Assembly: GCA_963733035.1 (NCBI GenBank)
Contig: CAVTBU010000008.1
Coordinates: forward strand, 224,001 to 288,000
Direction: 5' to 3'
From: Pirellulales bacterium
Lineage (GTDB): Bacteria > Planctomycetota > Planctomycetia > Pirellulales > PALSA-1355
DNA: 64,000 nucleotides
Below the pieces are notes generated by a model. The model was given only the letters and a program-made list of their open reading frames with translations. It did not search any database and was not told where the DNA came from. Position 1 is the first letter of the stretch, and each line of letters begins with the position of its first letter. The position numbers and the translations under genes were made by a program. Of this stretch, positions 50,674-64,000 are shown in pieces.

Positions 50674-53138
50674 TTAAGCCAGCTTCGAAAGTCGGCGAAT
50701 GAGCCATTCGAGACACAAAACGCCGCAAACGGCGATTAGCAATCCCCGCATCCAACGGAAATCGAAATCGCGGTCAGTCACTCCCGCTAGGTAGGTTGTT
50801 TCCGTCCGGTCCTTGAGACGCGTCGCCAGGGGCGGCAACCCGCGACTGCCCAGCACGGCGTCGGCGCCGACATAGTAGGTGCCTCCGGTGCGCGACGCCA
50901 ACTCCGAAAGCAGCGAGTCGTTTCGTTGCGGGCTTTCTCGTTCGACGTCCGGCACGCGAACCTGGATGCGGCGGGTGAGCACCTCCTCGTCGCTGTCGGG
51001 CACCGGCAACTCGAGACGATACGTGCCTTCCTGCAATGCCGCGAATTGACCGACGTACATACCCTTGCGCCGGATCAAGTGTCAGCCGCAACGTTTCGCC
51101 CATGCTATCCGGCCGTGCAATCTGCAGCGCCACGCTCGGCAGGTCGAGTGGCTCGAAGCGCGCATCGCTGAGCTGCGCTCGCACGATCACCGGATTGCCC
51201 AGCAAATAGCGATCGCGGTCGACCAGCAACATGCCGCGGCTTGATCCCAACAGCAAACGCCCCTGGGAAACATGGCGGATCAGTTTCGTATAGAGTTGTT
51301 CGAAGTAACGGTCGTCCAAGGCGCAGGCGCCACATCTCGCCACTGCCCAAATAAAACACGCGCCCCGAACCGTAGAACTGTCCGGCCAGGTACACCGGCT
51401 GCTCGTTGCCGCTGGCGGCCTCGGGATCGGAATAGCGTCCGTAGACCGTCGCTCCCGGCTTCGCCCCGCGCACGCCATAGTATCCATAAACGCCGGGAAA
51501 ATCGGACCAAATCTGCTGGCTGCCGCTGCCGGTTTCCGCCAGCCACAAAAACTCAGCCTCGAAACCCTCGCGTGAAAAGTCGATCGGCCAGGGTGTTGTC
51601 GACCCAAAGCGTCCTTCCTCGAAAAGTGTCAGCCGACGATTGAATTCGACCGGATACAACCCGCGCAGCTTCGCCAGTTTTGGGTCCTGCACCCAGCGAT
51701 CCATCTCGACCGGACCGGCCAGCAGGATCAGGCCACCCGCCTTCTCGGCGACCCAACGCTCCAGCAAGTCGACTTGCGTCGGCTCCAGCTGCCTCCAATC
51801 CGGATCAAATCCAATGACACAGTCGTATTCGAACATTTCCTGGGGCGTGCTGGGAAACGTCGTGAGAATTCGATCGGCGTCCTGCGAGGCTCCCTCGGTG
51901 GCCGACTGCAGCCAGACGTCGACGCTGACTTCTTTGTCGCGCTTGAGCAGGTTGCGGAGAAAGATGTATTCGCGCGTCGGGCCGCTGGCCACCAGCAGCA
52001 CCTTCGTCTTGCGATCAACGATTTCTACGTCTACTTCCTGCCTATTGTCATTGGGGTTGCTATCCTCGGGCGGGACCTTTACGCGGAGGGTAAATACACG
52101 GCGTCCACGCTCGGCCGGCGTGATATCGAACTTCACGGGCACGACCTCGCCGCGTCCCCCAAGGGTTATCCGTTCGCTGGCTTCGAGCGTGCCTTCGTTG
52201 CGGGAATTCTCCTCGCCCGCTGGTCGCGAGAGCAATTCCACTGCCACGGTTCGGTCTGCCAGCCCTTCCGATTGCAGGTAACCGGTGACCTGAAAACTGT
52301 CGCCAGGAAAGGCACGCGCCGGAGCCACCAAATCGCTTACGCGCACGTTAGCCGGACGCCGATCGGAACCAATGCCGACCGTGTAAATGGGAATCTTTGC
52401 GTCGCGAGCCGCGGCGATCGCCACGGCCGGATCGATGCCGGCATTCTGCCCCCCATCACTAAACACGACTATTCCGGAGACCGGAGATGTTCGCTCTTCG
52501 GTAATCAGTGTGCGGAGCGATTGACCAAGTCGCGTCTCGCTCCCACGCGGCAACAAAGCGGCTTGCCAGTCGACTGCTTTTTGATCCTTGGTCGCCGCGT
52601 TGCTCGCTGGCTGCTCGTCCGGAGCAGTCGACTTCTTCGCGTCGTCCGACCTGGCCGCCGGCAGCTTGCCAAGTGTCGCCACGCGATCGAGATCGCTGTC
52701 GAATCGTGACAACTGCACGTCGTGCCGCTGCCGCAGCGTATCAAGGAGTTTCCCATCCCCGAGTACCGTCACGACCTGTTCGATACGATTGGGTGTCGCG
52801 GGTACGGCCGAGCCCGTGGAATCGTGTAGGCCCATGCTCAAGCTGGAATCGACCAGCACGAGCACTCGCGAGTTGTGAACGACTTTCCGCTCCGTCCGTT
52901 TTTCGAATTGCAGGTAAAACACAAGCAAACCGGCCAAGGCAGCCAGTCGCAACGCCAACAGCATCGCACCTACGCCACGGCGCAGTTCGACTGAGTCGCG
53001 GCGGTACATCCACACGGCGAAGGCCACGACGGCGGCGCAAATACCTGCCAGCACCAGATAGTGCCACCGTTCGGTGTACTCCTGCAGTCGCGAGAGTTCG
53101 TAGGTGGTGCGCGTTTGCGCCAGCAACGTTGGCAGCAT
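50674..53138 (-). CDS. Membrane-anchored VWA + Ig + GATase-like protein (frameshifts near 51323 and 51068)
   Basis: MIDAS DSSLS..T..SDG, YTVGIG, GGLILLAG, C-terminal LEWLIRR TM; three ORF pieces join. Confidence 0.82.
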
Positions 53139-55452
53139 CAGGCACGTCCCTCCTTGGCGCGCGGATGATAGCTGCACGCATAGGCCAACGCCTGCTCGGC
53201 CAACAATATGCAGACCAACAGGTACAGCAGGCTCTCACCTAGATTGAACCCGGCCAATTGGTGCGGATTGTAGTTGATATCCTGGGCCTCGTGGTACTCA
53301 TAGCGAACGCCGTCAAGTTGCCCGGCCAGGGCCGACGCGTTTAGTTTCTTCAAATCGCCCTCGTCCGGTACGACGTTCACGGCGAAGCGTTCGACGAGTT
53401 CGGCACCGCCAATCTTCGTTAGCCGTGCCTCGTAAATGCCACTCGCGTCAGTCTCGTTGAGAACCGCGACACGCTCGGTTGTGTTCCCGATGTTCCGCAA
53501 GCGACTGGGCAGGAGAGATTTTCCGGCGGCATCCGAAGCCGCATCTGGCGCCGGTGGCGTATTGCGCACCGGTGGCGCGGCGTCCACCGAGAGGCTCGCG
53601 CCGCCCAATTCGCGCGGCATGACAAACCGCACTTGCGGCATGAATTGTGTCGTATCGACAGGCAGACTCAAAGGCGATCCAACCTGGCGCGTCGTATCCG
53701 GATGACGACCCTCAGCCAGGTAGGACTGCAGTTCGAGCATCGCCACCACGAAACTCGGGTTCCCGCGTGCCCAATTGTTCCAGCTTCCCAATTCCGTCTG
53801 CAGCGGAGAAGCCTTCGTCAAGAAAGCCACGACTCGTCCCTCGCCGTATTGACGCTCGACCACCAGCGGAGCTTTGTTGCGCAAGCGAGCGATGACACGC
53901 GTGCTCGAATCGGGCTCGGGCAACCAGTTTTTCTCAGCCGCAAAGTATCGATTGATCGTCACGGTGTTCAAGAAACTGTTTCGCTCACCGGCAAACACTG
54001 AAAAGATCGGATGGTCGGTCACCTCGATATCGGGCGCCTTCTCCAACCGGTCGACGATCAATTCGTCAGGACCCTGCAATGGCAGCGGAAACAATCCCTG
54101 ACCTCCGCGATACAGGCTATTATTGAAGAAGTCGGCTCGCGACCTTTCGCCCAGGAAAATCCCCAAACCACCACCCGACTCGACAAACGACTCGAGCGCT
54201 GCAATCTCGGACGCATCGAGCCGGTCGATATTTAACAGATAGATCGTTTCAAATTGATCGAGCGGATGGTCGCGCAGGTAGTTTGGCAGTTCGACGAGGG
54301 TGCGTAGACCGCTGGCAACCTTTCCTCCGGGCGACAGCGCCGACGTAAGAAAGAACGCATCCTGGGCACGCGCGTCGCCGTCGATGACAAGCACTTCCAC
54401 GGCCTTCGGTACGTCGATCACGAGCGAACGGCTGTTGTCAGCGCTGACCGCATCGGTTTGCAGGTGAGCGACGAGTTCGTGTTGGCCCGCCGTTTCGAAC
54501 AGCACCGGAAAACGCCGCATGATCGTCTTGCCTGCGGGAATTTCCTCAAAGACTACCGGGGGGCGAGCGTGGCCGTCCTCCTCCAGGGCCACCGAAACAC
54601 TCCGAGCGTCGTTCGGCCCAAAATTGCGCACCGCGATCTCAACCAACAACGGCACACCCGCAGCGCGGGTGCCCACGCCGGGCCGAAGCGTCGCCACGGC
54701 CAGATTCTGATGAACATTGTCGACGCAATTGACCAGATGCAACTGGGCGCCAGCGGAATTGACGGACTCCAGCGACTTGCGAAGTGCCACAGGTTCCTGC
54801 CACTGATTGGCGCGAAAATCGGAGACAATATAAATGACACGATCCTCGTCGTCGCCCCGTGGTGGCAAGCGACCAACCGCGTCCAGCGCCTCTTGCGGGT
54901 CGGCGGCTGTTTCCGACGGCTGCAGCGACCCGAGCACCCTTTCTAGCTTCGATGCAAATTGACCGTCGACGGCGGCCTCAAGCAGATCCGGCTGGGTTCC
55001 GCGTCCCAACTGGTGGGCGCGCGAAAGCGCAACAGCGTAAACACTTGGGGAGTATCCTGCCGTTCGGCGCTGGCGGCCAACCGGGCAATCACGCCTTTGG
55101 CTTGCTCAAACGCCGTGGTATCGGCCCAGTGATCCGACATCGAGAAGCTGTCGTCGATGAGCACGATGTGATGCGTACGGCTGCCGCCAAACAGCGCCCC
55201 CCATTTATTTCGCATCAGCGGCTGGGCAACCATCAACACGACCGCGGCGACAGCCAACATTCGCAGCAGCAGCAACAATAGTTGCTTGAATAGGATCGAC
55301 TTTCGATGGCGCTTCTGACTCTGCAGCAAGAACTCCATCGCCGCCCACTTCACACGGCGATGCCGCATCAAGTTGATGAGGTGGATCAACACTGGCAGAC
55401 CGACGAGCGGCAGCCCCCACCACAACAGCGATTCGTAGACAAAACTCGGCAT
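53138..55452 (-). CDS. BatA-domain VWA protein (frameshift near 55022)
   Basis: BatA N-terminus PVLIHLINLMR..VKWAAMEFL..LLLLLRML, MIDAS DDSFS..SDF, GGGLGIFLG, C-terminal TM LLAEQAL. Confidence 0.85.
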
Positions 55453-56352
55453 GGATAACCTGGTGCAAGGTCGACCGCTGGTCGCTACCTCCGCAGCATC
55501 TGCCTCCGGTCGTTCAAAAACGTCGCTAGTACGCCGTCCAACGGCTCGCTGGTGCGCACAAGGGTATAGTGCGCGCCGTCGCTTGCGCAGCCGTGACGCA
55601 CTTCAGACAAATACGCGTGGAGCGCCTCCAAATAACCCTCACGCAATGCCCTGGGATTGCAAGCCAGGTGCTCGTCAAGTTCCAAGCTTTCAAAACGCAT
55701 TGGACCGTTGAATTCGAAGTCCAATTCCGCGTCGTCCATGACATGAAACACCAGCACGTCGTGTCCATGCTGCCTGAGCAGCTTGATTCCCTTGAACAGT
55801 CCCTCGCGGTCGACCAACAAGTCCGAAACAAGAATCATCATGCCGCGGCGCGGAAACGTTTCGGCAGCCACCCGCAAGATCGGCCCGATGTCGGTCTTTT
55901 CTTGCGGGCCGCTGGCCTCGAGCGCCTGAATGATGGAATTCAGATGGCTACGCTTGGTCTTCTGCGGAACCTTGATGCGCACGGCCTCGTCGAACGCAAC
56001 ACAACCCACGGCATCCTGTTGGCGGAGCAGCAGATAACCCAGGCAGGCGGCAATCGTGCAGCCGTACTCGTATTTGCTGGTCTCGCCGGAGTTGTACTGC
56101 ATGCTCCCCGATACATCCACGACCAGCGTGGCCCGCAGGTTCGTGTCTTCTTCGAACTGTTTGACGTAGAAACGATCCTGCTTGGCCCAGACTTTCCAGT
56201 CGATGTGCCGCAGTTCATCGCCGTGGGTATATTCCCGATGCTGCAGGAATTCGACCGACTGGCCGAAGTAGGGGCTCTTATGAATGCCCGACAAGAACCC
56301 TTCCACGATGTGGCGGGCTCGCAAGTCGAGCCGAGCAATGCGGCCAATCGCT

Positions 56353-57399
<1,047 letters not shown>

Positions 57400-57468
57400 C
57401 GGGTGAGGTTCCTCGGGATGCGGTGAATGTCTCGTCTTCGTGCAGGGAGCCGACGCGGGGCAGGGGCG

Positions 57469-58509
57469 CTAGCGCTGATAAATCGGCAACGCGCCGTTCT
57501 CCAGTTGCAGGATGGTCAGGTTGATCGCAGTAGTGTAGATGGGACCGATATAGCCTTGATTCCAAAACACGAACTTGCCACTCTCGGTAGCTTCGCCGGC
57601 CAGGCGGGCAAAGATCTTGTCGCGGTACTCTTCCCAGGGCTGGCCCCCTTCGCGATAGAGCACCTGCGCGTAGTAGTAATGGGCGTAGTGCCAGTGGCCG
57701 AAGCCCTGGTTGGAAATGTCGGAAAGGTTCCGGCGGCAATACGCTTCGAGCTTCGGCACGTACTCGCTATCGTATTCGCCGGCATTGAACAGGCAGGCGA
57801 TGGCCGCGGCCGTAATAGCCGGACGCCCACCACCACCCTTGGAACTGTATTGTACGGCGCCGTCGGGCAGGGTGCATTCCTGGATATAGTTGATGGCCCG
57901 GTCGATGATTTCCTTGGGCACCGCAATCCCGGCGTTGCGGCAGCCCCGCAACCCCTGCACTTGTGTGATGGTCGTCGATCCCTCGTCAAAGTCGTTACCG
58001 TCCTTGGCACTCACATAGCCCCACCCGCCGGCCGCGGTCTGCGCCTGGCCGGTGAAAATCACGGCCCTAGTCAGGACGTCGATCAGGTCGCGGCGGCGAC
58101 TCTCGTCTTCTTCCTCGCCCAACACCTGCGACAGAAACAACATCGAATAGCCATGACCGTACGTGTAGCGATCGTCGCGCGTCGGGTCGCCGATCAGCCC
58201 GTTGCTACGACTGCGCGAAATCAGGTAGTCGACCGCCATGCGTATGTTCTTGGCGTACTTTCCCTGCGTGGTTGTCGATCCCTCGGCCAACAGGGCCGTA
58301 CCGGCCAGGGCCGTCATCGCCGTCGGGTAGCGACCTTCACTTGCACTCCAATGTCCCAATCGCGATTGCGTGCTGGCGATCCAATCGAGGCCCCGTCCGA
58401 CCAGTTTGTCGATCTTGGCATCGTCGGCCGCCCACACAAGGTGTGTTGGAACAACAAGCGGCAAAGACGCCAGAACGAGAGGCAACAGACTTCGGCAAAA
58501 TGACATCAT
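57469..58509 (-). CDS. Secreted prenyltransferase/squalene-oxidase repeat (alpha/alpha barrel) protein
   Basis: Signal peptide; QW-like repeats GLDWIASTQSRLGHW, AQTAAGGWGY, CTLPDGAVQY; YAHYYYAQ; C-terminal LPIYQR. Confidence 0.85.
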   Translation of the reverse strand: MMSFCRSLLPLVLASLPLVVPTHLVWAADDAKIDKLVGRGLDWIASTQSRLGHWSASEGRYPTAMTALAGTALLAEGSTTTQGKYAKNIRMAVDYLISRSRSNGLIGDPTRDDRYTYGHGYSMLFLSQVLGEEEDESRRRDLIDVLTRAVIFTGQAQTAAGGWGYVSAKDGNDFDEGSTTITQVQGLRGCRNAGIAVPKEIIDRAINYIQECTLPDGAVQYSSKGGGGRPAITAAAIACLFNAGEYDSEYVPKLEAYCRRNLSDISNQGFGHWHYAHYYYAQVLYREGGQPWEEYRDKIFARLAGEATESGKFVFWNQGYIGPIYTTAINLTILQLENGALPIYQR

Positions 58510-58563
58510 TGAACGTTCAACCCGCGGGTGGCGCGCGTGGCCGCTGAGGAAATTCTCATTGGG

Positions 58564-61500
58564 CTATTCATCGCTGGCGTCCGTGTCCTTGAAAATCGAC
58601 CTTTCGACCGGAAAACCAAGCTGTTCGAGCACGATGGCCACCGCCTGCTCTCGGTCCATGGCGGCCGCCGGGCGCTGCGGCTGGTCGGCCTGATCGGTAT
58701 ACGTCAGCACGATCTCCTGGTTCGGCAACGATATCGTCACGCGCTGGTCCGCTGGTTCGCCTAGCAGAGTGCAACTCGAAATCGTCGTCCCCTGCAAATC
58801 GTCCTCGTGAAACACGACTTTTCCGCTCCGTTTGTCGATGCACATGACCGACAGCCGCGGGTCGCGCGAGCTGATCGGCCCGGGACTCGTCATTTGCCTG
58901 AGCAACACCAGCACCGGCAGGTCGCGAGGTTGACTGAGCAACAAACCATGCTGCGACACGGGTACCGGCGCCGGCCATAGCGCGGCGCCCGTCTCACGAT
59001 CGAACGCATAGACGTGCCCGGTTAGCAGCGGACAATCCGGGCCGCTCGGGTAAGGTTGCACGGCGTGGCTGCTCTTTGCCGGGGCAGCTGTGTGCGTAGC
59101 CAACAGGTACCCCCGTTCCCACGGCAGAAGGTGAATTCCCAGCAGCGTTTTTTCCTTTTGCAACTTCGTCTGTGACAGGCGTTGGCCATCGGTCAGCCGA
59201 ACGAGCGTAAACTCGCCATCCGGTTGGAACACACCCGCTACCTCATCGGCCACGAGGGCGGCCTTCGAACCGGCGGCAAAACGGAACGACCAAACTACTT
59301 GGTCGGAAAACAGATCGCGCATTTCCAGCACGTGACCGTTGCCGCTCGTCTTCCACGAAAGCAATTGTCGCCCCAGCGTCGTCATACGATCCTCGACGCG
59401 CGCGATGTGGCGCGTGCCGATTCGTTCGCCGGTCGCGGCATGCAGCACCAACGTCTCGCTGTCGCCCGGCGGCGCCGCGAACAGGTACTCACCGTCGCCA
59501 AACAGGTCGACTCCGATGGGCAGATTCTTGCGCATCCAGATCGTCTTGCCCGACAGCGGATCGACGCAGTACAGGTCGTGCAGTCGCTGGAAGCAAACGC
59601 CATCGGAAGTGACCGGCCCGATCGTGCCGTAGCGACGGCCATAGCCGTCTTCGGGAATGAACCGGGTACCTCCCCACTTCAGATTCACGGCGCGCGGCAC
59701 GACCGTTTGCATCGTCGCCAGGCCACCGATCTGGTCATTCAGATCCTCGGTCCACAGCACGCGATTCGACAGCGAGTCGCCGGTACGAAGCGTATCAATC
59801 GCCAACAATTGCGTGCCCACCGACAGCACCACCAGCCCGCCGTGCGCGCTGGCATAGCTGATCGAAGGGATACTGTACGCGCTGCGAGCCGCCATCATCC
59901 GCCGCGTGCCCTGTTCCGAGAGCAGAATCCTGAAGCGACTGGCACCAACGCTGTCTTCGGCCACCAAATACTGTTGTGCCTCGTGAACGACCGACAAGCT
60001 GACGTCGCGAAACAACGGTCCACGTGGTCCGACGATTTCCAAATTTGACGCGTGTTGTCGGCGAATCGCCCTCGCGCCTCGCGAGTTCTTTGCGACTTGA
60101 ACGTCGACGCGCCCCTTGGCCCAAGCATTCTCGGCTAACTGACTCCGCGCCGGGTCGTCGGCCGGTAGCTGTTCGACGAGTTGACGTCCGGTCTGTCCGT
60201 CACGGCACAGCACGTCAGCAAAACGGGTGTTCAACAGCCGATAGTAGACCGCGGCGACTTCCGAGCGGCCAGCCGCCCGCAAGGCCATCGCCATCCGCGC
60301 CGTCGCGGGCCCGGCCTGGGTGTCGTCAGGAGAAAGAATCTCATCGGTGAGCAACAAATTCTGCTCGAGCAGATCGTCTGCGGTGAGCCGCTCTGCCAAT
60401 GCGGTCCGCACGCCGCTCGCCGCCGGTTGAGGTCCAAAGATGTTAACAAACCAGCGAAGCGTTTCCGTGGAGTCCGCCGCGAGCGAGTCTTCCAGGCGGC
60501 GGCTGATCGCCGCATCGATTCGGGCGACCGTTTCAGGATCGGCCGCTTGCCGCAACCGAGCCAATTGTTCCCGAATCCAACGGTCACGGCGTACGCTGAG
60601 TGCGTCGTCAACTTCGTCGATTTCCCACGGAGATTGCTCGTCAATCAGTGCCAGCCAGGCTTCGAATGCGGGCCAGACATCCCCAGCGTGCTGAAGCCCC
60701 ATGGCTTTGAGCCGCAGATATTCCACGCGATGCCGTGGCTGTTCAATTAGCTCCTCCAACTCCGGCAGGCTTCCGCGATACGCCGCAAAGTCAACGCGCA
60801 GCCCTTCCAACAAGCTCTCGATTAACCGCGCTCGCGTCGTCGCGTCGGCTTCCAGGCCGTAGGAGCGCCGAAACAGGTCGATCGCGCCGGGCAAGTCCTT
60901 TTCATCTAGCTTGATCTCACCGAGCGATGTCAGGGCCCGCGGATCGTTTGGTTTATCGGCCAACAGGGTTTCGATCCGCCGCTTGAGGGCGTCGAGCTGG
61001 TAGTAGGCGTCAACGTAATCGGGCCCCTGCGAGATGATGCTGTCTCGATAGCAAATCAAGTTGCCCGGTATATTGCCCGAACGGCTGCGCCTGTGTCGAC
61101 GATTTTCCCATTGCCCAGATCGATGCGGGCCACTTCCGCGGAAGTAAGCGGCAGAAAGTAGAAACCGTCGCTATGGAACCCTCGGCCGCTGGGCATCGAG
61201 CCATCAGGCAGCGGCATGTTCCAAACCCGTTTGCCGTCGCTCAACTGCACCGCCGAAACCCCTTTGTGCCCGACGAGGATCGCCCGTCCGTTGTCCACCG
61301 CGGCAACGTAGAGATTCGTGCCGCGGGGCTGCTTCCATAACTGTTCGCCATCCTGCAATCGCAAACAAAAAAGCTCGTCGGTTTCGGTAGGCGTGATCAA
61401 CACTCGACCATCGGCGATCGTGATGCTGCTGTCCGTCCAATGCTCTTCGGAACGCTGGTCGCTGCCAGCATAGATCGCCGCCCGAACGTTAAATCGCCGG

Positions 61501-63257
61501 TTGCCCATGAATTGGGCCCGCGGATACTGATATCCCCACAGCAGCGAACGCGTGGAAAGGTCGATGGCCACAACCGCCCCCGCCGCCGTAGGGCAAACAA
61601 GCACGCCGTCGGCAAAGCTGGGCGCAACGCCGGCGTTGCGGCGGAGCTTATCCTGCGTTACTGGCGGATCCACCACGGCCAATTGCTGCGACCACTCCAA
61701 GGCTCCCGTTTCCGGCGAAAGGACCACCAGTCGAATCTCCTGGCCTTTCACTTCCACCAACGCATAGAGATGTCCCATCAGCGGCAAAGGCGGCCCTAAG
61801 AAGAATGAACCGGCCAGCTTCGGCTCGTCCTCGCCGGTCAGGCCACCGACCACCCATTTCAGTTTGCCTTGGGTGCGCAATTCCCGTGCGGCCAAGCGAT
61901 TTGTCCCGCGCGTGTTCGTGCTATAGCGACGCTGCCCGTTGGGAAGGACGGTCATCACGACGTTGGACGTCAGTCCCGCAATGCCCAGGTCTTCCAGGTA
62001 GTAGACCCGCTCGGCATCGCTCGCGAGCGTGCCGTAGGTCGTGTCTTCCCACATCCGCCCGTCGAGACCGGCCAACAATTGTTGCGTGGCCGCGCCCGAT
62101 TGCCTCGACGCCATGGCACGCAGGAATTGCTCCAGCGACTCGTCCCCAGCGGCATACTTCCAGATCAATTTGCCGGTTTCGAAATCGATCGCCTGTAATG
62201 CGAATGCGGTGCGCATCAATATGACGTCGGCCACGGCCAACGGATGCATACTCGGCAATGCCACGATGTCCTGGCTGAGATAGTCGTGACGTAACTTGCT
62301 GACAAACTCCTCGATCGCTGCGTCATCGCAAGTGCGCTGCCGCCAACGCAAACTAAGCAGCGGCGTTCCGCCGGTGCTGACGGCATTCCGCGTTTCGTCT
62401 CCGCGGAACATGACCCACTGATCCGTCTCGCCATGGGCCGCCTGCGGCTGCTGGCCAAAATTGCTTTCCATCCAAGCGAGCGCCTGACCATCACCGGCAA
62501 ACAGTTTTACGCGCTTACCTGCCAGCGAAACTTCGCCGGCGGAAAAGCGCCGGCGGAACTCGGCCAACGTCTGCCGCGCTTTATCCGATTGTCCCGCACG
62601 CAACCAACAAGTAGCCAGCGAGAGCGACAGCGCCGGTTCGAGCACCTCCGCCGCGTCCGGAACATTGTAGAGCCGCTGGAAGCACATGGCCGCGGCCAGG
62701 GGACGATTTTGATCGAGGTAGTGTCGTCCCAGCAGGTAGGTCGCCTCGGCCCCCGCCTGTGTGAAAAAGAAGCGCCGCGATACGTCCGCGATTCGCATCA
62801 AATCGCCCGCCGCAGACGCTTCTTTCAGCGCCTGACGGGCTCGGGCGCCAAATTGCAATTCGTACGATTGCCGACCGTCCGGGGGCAGCTTGGAGAGCAA
62901 CCGGCCCGACTCGGCTTTTAGACTGCGGAATACCGGCTGGTCGGGATGGGGTTTGAAAAAAAAGTCTTCTGGCCCCTCAAGAAGCGAGCCCAGCAGGCGC
63001 ACCGCTTCGCCGTAACGCCCTTCGCCAATCAGCTCGTCGGCCATTTCCAGCCGGCGTTTGGCTTGCCGATCCGGAGGCAAGAACACACCATCAAGCCCGA
63101 TTTCGTCGGACTCCACCTGGTTCAAAACGCCACCGGCAACGGCCAATGCACGAATGGCCGGCGATTGAGCGCGGGCCACGTTTGTGACGTTCCAGACACT
63201 CAAGATTGCCAAACCGACAGCGGCCGCCAGCCCACGCGGTACTTTCCGTCGCATCAT
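58564..63257 (-). CDS. Giant secreted PQQ-type (BamB-like) beta-propeller + helical repeat protein (frameshift near 61088)
   Basis: Signal peptide, WVMFRGD..RN, repeated A.D..TGK..W blades; ORFs 61056..63257 and 58564..61059 join (RSRSGNIPGNLICYRD). Confidence 0.83.
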
Positions 63258-63869
63258 GTGGTGTCTCCCTCACACCCGATTTCGTCTGGCGGCCACATTG
63301 GGGCATTTCCATCCGCCACGACCCGTGTCTCAATCGTCACGCGCTGCTCATGGTCGCGACCGCGCAGCTTTGCACACGGACCGGCGCCTCTAGGTTCTGT
63401 TTCCACGCTCGAAACGCTGATACAACGCTCAAAGTCTATGTGTACAGTTTATCTTACCGTTCCAACGAGCCGTTCACAAGTATTGGCCACAGCCCGATTT
63501 AAATCCAGAGAGACCTCGCCGCCAGCGATGATTTGCCTCGGTCCCGCATGAGAGCACACCCCGGATTCGTCGTTCGGTGTGACGTGACGTTGCGGCCGTA
63601 GCGGTTACACCGATCAAACGGCTCGCGCGGCCCGATTCGATGTTGCCAACGACGGCCCCCCGCGCCGTAAGCGCCGCCAAACACCAGCTGCGTGGCGTCC
63701 TTTCACCGGCACCGGACGGGGTAGCGCGACCGGATTTTCGAGTTTTTTCCGCGAAAATGGGGGTTTTGTGGCTTGCAATTTCAGTTAGGTCGATTTTAAT
63801 CATCGCGTCCTTTCAGTGAAGGACGGGCAACTTAACCTCTAGCTAAACCCACAAGGAGGGTCGAATACT

Positions 63870-64000
63870 ATGGCGAAAGCCGCAGCCGCCGCAAAGAAAG
63901 CTCCCAGCAAGTCGGAAGTGACCAACAACATTGCCGAGGAGACCGGTTTGACCAAGAAGCAGGTCGCCGCCGTCCTGGAAGCCCTCGCTGGCGAAATCAA
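63870..64000 (+). CDS. HU-family DNA-binding protein (partial, runs off window)
   Basis: AAGGAGG SD, then MAKAAAAAKKAPSKSEVTNNIAEETGLTKKQVAAVLEALAGEI. Confidence 0.85.
   Translation, partial: MAKAAAAAKKAPSKSEVTNNIAEETGLTKKQVAAVLEALAGEI

Noticed and set aside
57469..58509. Squalene-hopene cyclase / terpene biosynthetic cluster
   Set aside because: Half the expected length, signal peptide present, no DxDD, no isoprenoid genes nearby.

Overview
GC-rich bacterial chromosomal DNA. The gene content points to Planctomycetota, probably Pirellulales-like (inference from DUF1571, FHA/Ser-Thr kinase signalling, MoxR-VWA-prenyltransferase cluster and a truncated dcw locus). No integrase, transposase, prophage, CRISPR array or rRNA was seen. 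The first 39 kb holds housekeeping, envelope and signalling genes: csrA-HU, tRNA-Gln(CTG), skp-lpxC-lpxA-GnnA-like, M28 peptidase, FHA-GAF histidine kinase, mraZ-rsmH-LysM, queA, two Ser/Thr kinases, an FHA-GAF sigma54 activator, a DoxX/Tat-oxidoreductase/TIM-barrel module and GNAT-TetA-like MFS. From 39.1 to 63.3 kb runs a ~24 kb co-directional minus-strand cluster of 14 genes. It encodes a giant beta-propeller protein, a secreted QW-repeat barrel, MoxR, DUF58, two VWA proteins, coiled-coil proteins, NPCBM, and three tandem HtrA-fold proteins, of which only one keeps a catalytic triad. This cluster is the best candidate for an uncharacterised envelope machine. The second candidate is a membrane-anchored double-LysM protein sitting where ftsL normally follows mraZ-rsmH. 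Eight frameshifts between 43 and 61 kb all lie next to GCGC and are most likely sequencing errors. Family assignments come from motif recognition by eye; no database search was run.
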